Shown here: in pieces, positions 29,603 to 32,000 of the stretch
How positions within the stretch are numbered: the stretch's first letter is position 1
Layout of the letters: each line of letters opens with the position of its first letter
NCBI RefSeq assembly: GCF_000284115.1
Contig: NC_017080.1
Location: forward strand, 990,001 to 1,022,000
Source: Phycisphaera mikurensis NBRC 102666
Lineage (GTDB): Bacteria > Planctomycetota > Phycisphaerae > Phycisphaerales > Phycisphaeraceae
DNA: 32,000 bases
Reading direction: 5' to 3'
Position numbers and translations under genes: made by a program
The notes under the pieces: model-generated
What the model was told of the DNA's origin: nothing
Databases searched by the model: none
Seen by the model: the letters and a program-made list of their open reading frames with translations, nothing else

Positions 29603-30472
29603 AGGGGCAGAAGGCTCGCCGCGCCGGAAGGCGGAGGGCGAGCCGCCGGTCTCCGCCTTGAACTGCCGGGAGAAGTGGAAGGCGTCGGTGTAGCCCAGCG
29701 CCTCGGCGACTTCGCCGACGTTCATGCCCGTCTCGCGGAGGAGGTGGCGGGCCCGGCGGACCCGCTCCACGGTGACGAAGCGGCGGGGGGTGACGCCGGT
29801 CGCGGCCCGGAAGATCGCCCGGAAGCGGTCGCCGCCGTGGCCGGCCTCGGCGGCCATCGCCGCGACCGACCAGGCGGCGCCGGGCTCCTCGCGGATGCGG
29901 CTGCGCAGCGCGTCGACCATCCGGCGGTGGGCGGGAGACACCCCCGCGTCACCCGCCTCCGCGTTCTGCGCGGCCGCCGCGGCGGCATAGTCCGCGAGCA
30001 GGCCGGCGAGGAGCAGGTCGGTCGTGTCTGCGGCGGGCGGCTCTCGCTTCGCGCGTTCCACCACCCGCCGGGCCACGGCGTCGGCGAAGGCGAGGTCGTC
30101 CCAATCGAGCACCTCCGGCGGGAGCGCGGCGTCGGGCACGCGCCGCCCGCGGCGCGTCGCCTCGAAGTGCAGGTACGTCACGCCCAGGCGATCGTCGGGG
30201 TCCTGCTCGGCTTCGTAGCGCCGGCCCGGCCGCATCCACACGCAAACGCCGGGCCGCAGGTCGATCACGCCGTCGGTGAGCGTCATCCGGCCGCGCCCGG
30301 CCCAAACCAGCCACAGGTCGAAGTCGCGGAGGTCGCGCCACCAGCACGCGTCCAGGCGCCAGCCCGGCTCGCAGCGGACGCGGCCGCACACGCCCAGCGT
30401 CACGCGCGTGCCCCGGTCGGTCCAGCCGCACGCACCACTCCGGGGTCCTTTCTCCACAACGGAAACATACAT
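29567..30472 (-). CDS. AraC/XylS-family transcriptional regulator (cupin-type sensor plus HTH)
   Basis: The C-terminus has SVAAMAAEAGHGGDRFRAIFRAATGVTPRRFVTVERVRRARHLLRETGMNVGEVAEALGYTDAFHFSRQFK. The start was trimmed to the ATG at 30472 (MYVSVVEKG...). The upstream part of track ORF 29567..31015 is antisense to the PhyH gene. Confidence 0.8.
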   Translation of the reverse strand: MYVSVVEKGPRSGACGWTDRGTRVTLGVCGRVRCEPGWRLDACWWRDLRDFDLWLVWAGRGRMTLTDGVIDLRPGVCVWMRPGRRYEAEQDPDDRLGVTYLHFEATRRGRRVPDAALPPEVLDWDDLAFADAVARRVVERAKREPPAADTTDLLLAGLLADYAAAAAAQNAEAGDAGVSPAHRRMVDALRSRIREEPGAAWSVAAMAAEAGHGGDRFRAIFRAATGVTPRRFVTVERVRRARHLLRETGMNVGEVAEALGYTDAFHFSRQFKAETGGSPSAFRRGEPSAPPRTAGPGAAEG

Positions 30473-30518
30473 GTTTCTGCCCGCCGCGTCCATGGCGTCG
30501 CGGCCCGGCTCGACGATC

Positions 30519-31430
30519 ATGGAGGCCACTCCAGAGCAAGTGGGACCCATCGCCATGACCAACACCGACACCGACACCGAAACCGAAAAACCGTTCGCCC
30601 CGCCCGTCGAAAACCCCGTCGAGGATCCGCCCGAGGGCCTGTACGAGCCCGCGGGCCGGGTGGACCTCCTGCCCGGGCCCGACGCTGTGAACGACGAGGC
30701 GGCCGTCTTCTTCGCCGAACGCGGGTACCTCGCCGTCGCCGGCGTGCTCACCCCCGCGGAGGTCGCCGCCTCGCTCGCCTCCCTGGAGGACCTGGTCGAG
30801 GGGCGGATCGAGGGATTCAACGGCGTGCAGAACGAAGCCCAAGCCGGAGACGACCCGGAAACGCCCGCCATCGACCGCGTGCGGAAGCTGTGGTTCACCG
30901 GCGACGAGTGCCAACGCTGCGGCATGCCGGTGGACCACCCGCTCGTGAAGCGGATCGTCGCCAAGCTGATGCCAGGCCGTGAGCCGGCGATCTTCCAGAC
31001 GATGGCGCTGCTCAAACCGCCCGGCCGGGGCCGCGAGAAGCCCTGGCACCAGGACCACGCCTACTTCAAGGTCCGCCTGGAGGACCGGATCGTCGGCGTG
31101 TGGATCGCGCTCGACCACGCGTTGGTCGAGAACGGCTGCATGCAGCTCATCGACGGCGGCCACCTCGGCGGCCCGCTCGTCCACTTCAGCCGGCGGGACT
31201 GGCAGCTGTGCGACGCCGACGTGATGAAGCAGGCCTCGTTGGCCGCGGTGCTCGCGCCCGGCGACGCGCTCTTCTTCGACAGCCTGCTGCCCCACGGCAC
31301 CCCGCCCAACCGCAGCGGCCGCCGCCGCCGGGCGATGCAGTTCCACTACGCCCCCGCCGACACGGTGAAGATCGCGATGGAGGAGCACGACGGGATCTTC
31401 GGCTCCGCCGGGAAGAGCGTGTACTGCTGA
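30519..31430 (+). CDS. Phytanoyl-CoA dioxygenase (PhyH)-family Fe(II)/2-oxoglutarate oxygenase
   Basis: It has FFAERGYLAV, PWHQDHAYF (the H-x-D iron ligands), a distal LLPHGTPPN His, and RRRAMQFHY. The start is ambiguous: ATG 30471, 30492, 30519 or 30555. I chose 30519 to avoid overlapping the divergent AraC start. Confidence 0.75.
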   Translation: MEATPEQVGPIAMTNTDTDTETEKPFAPPVENPVEDPPEGLYEPAGRVDLLPGPDAVNDEAAVFFAERGYLAVAGVLTPAEVAASLASLEDLVEGRIEGFNGVQNEAQAGDDPETPAIDRVRKLWFTGDECQRCGMPVDHPLVKRIVAKLMPGREPAIFQTMALLKPPGRGREKPWHQDHAYFKVRLEDRIVGVWIALDHALVENGCMQLIDGGHLGGPLVHFSRRDWQLCDADVMKQASLAAVLAPGDALFFDSLLPHGTPPNRSGRRRRAMQFHYAPADTVKIAMEEHDGIFGSAGKSVYC

Positions 31431-31478
31431 GCCCGACTCCCGACGCGAGGTTCCGGTAATGTGAAGCTCTGCTTCCGC

Positions 31479-32000
31479 ATGCCGACAGATCCACCCGCCG
31501 AACGCCCGCCCGAACCCTCCCGGCCGCTCCGCGTCGGGATCCTGGGCCTGTTCCACGAGTCCAACACCTTCGCGACGCACCCGGCGACGCTGGCCGCGTT
31601 CCGCGGGTACGAGTGGTTCGAGGGCGACGCGTTGCGGGCGGCGATGGTGGACAACCACGACGAGGTCGGCGGCATGCTCGGCGGGCTCGACGAAGCCGAG
31701 GGCGTGGAGGCGGTGCCGCTGCTCTGGGCCGCGGCGCTGCCGGCGGGGGAGATCGAGCCCGAGGCGGAGGCGGCGCTCTGGGCCGCGGCCGAGCGGCAGC
31801 TCGACGCGGCGGGAGCGCTGGACGCGGTGCTGGCGGTGCCGCACGGGGCGGCGGTGGGGCGGACGCACCGCGACTTCGACGGCTGGTGGCTGACGCGGCT
31901 CCGCGAGAAGCTCGGGCGCGGTGTTCCGATCGTCGCGACGCTGGACCCGCACGCGAACGTGTCGGCTGCGATGGTCGAGGCCGCCGATGCGCTGCTGGCG
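31479..32000 (+). CDS. MlrC/M81-family (DUF1485 N-terminal domain) protein, 3'-truncated by the window edge
   Basis: This ORF is open to the end of the window and is not in the supplied track. My translation is MPTDPPAERPPEPSRPLRVGILGLFHESNTFATHPA...IVATLDPHANVS. RVGILGLFHESNTF and LDPHAN match the MlrC-like N-terminal domain as I recall it. An alternative GTG start is at 31461. Confidence 0.65.
   Translation, partial: MPTDPPAERPPEPSRPLRVGILGLFHESNTFATHPATLAAFRGYEWFEGDALRAAMVDNHDEVGGMLGGLDEAEGVEAVPLLWAAALPAGEIEPEAEAALWAAAERQLDAAGALDAVLAVPHGAAVGRTHRDFDGWWLTRLREKLGRGVPIVATLDPHANVSAAMVEAADALLA

Overview
This is an extremely GC-rich bacterial chromosomal segment. Two PEP-CTERM-tailed secreted proteins, a prepilin-type [10 protein letters not shown] protein ending in the Planctomycete-style H-Xn-DG tail, and many glycan-active genes suggest Planctomycetota, possibly Phycisphaerae-like (inference). 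I support 23 protein genes. They are: an AraC regulator divergent from a GH88 unsaturated-uronyl hydrolase, followed by an SDR; a PEP-CTERM protein; an Rsm22-like methyltransferase; a siroheme/4Fe-4S sulfite/nitrite reductase; a CBM9/DOMON-like protein; an unknown gene paired with a creatininase-family gene; a GH27-like alpha-galactosidase; a second PEP-CTERM protein; a co-oriented trio (AlkP-type phosphodiesterase-TPR-sulfotransferase fusion, NAD epimerase/dehydratase, and a ~900-aa secreted unknown); a pseudopilin plus an (alpha/alpha)6 GH63/trehalase-like hydrolase; and AraC, a PhyH dioxygenase and the 5' part of an MlrC/M81-like gene. I recognised no rRNA, tRNA, CRISPR array, transposase or integrase. 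The best candidate for something undescribed is 20546-26623. It holds four paralogs of a secreted protein family I cannot place in any named family. Three are tandem on the minus strand and one is divergent and fused to a CBM9-like module. They share conserved GW / PFDG / FD-x-E / DGNE-x-x-YY motifs that suggest a glycosidase-like fold (inference). The cluster also carries a near-identical 115-bp tract shared by the two outer tandem copies, a 14-nt start/stop overlap, a (GGGC)6 microsatellite, and the most AT-rich patch I saw by eye (not computed) as its divergent promoter. Three families of short dispersed palindromic repeats occupy most intergenic spacers. Many long ORFs in the supplied track are antisense or alternate-frame shadows typical of high-GC DNA and were rejected.
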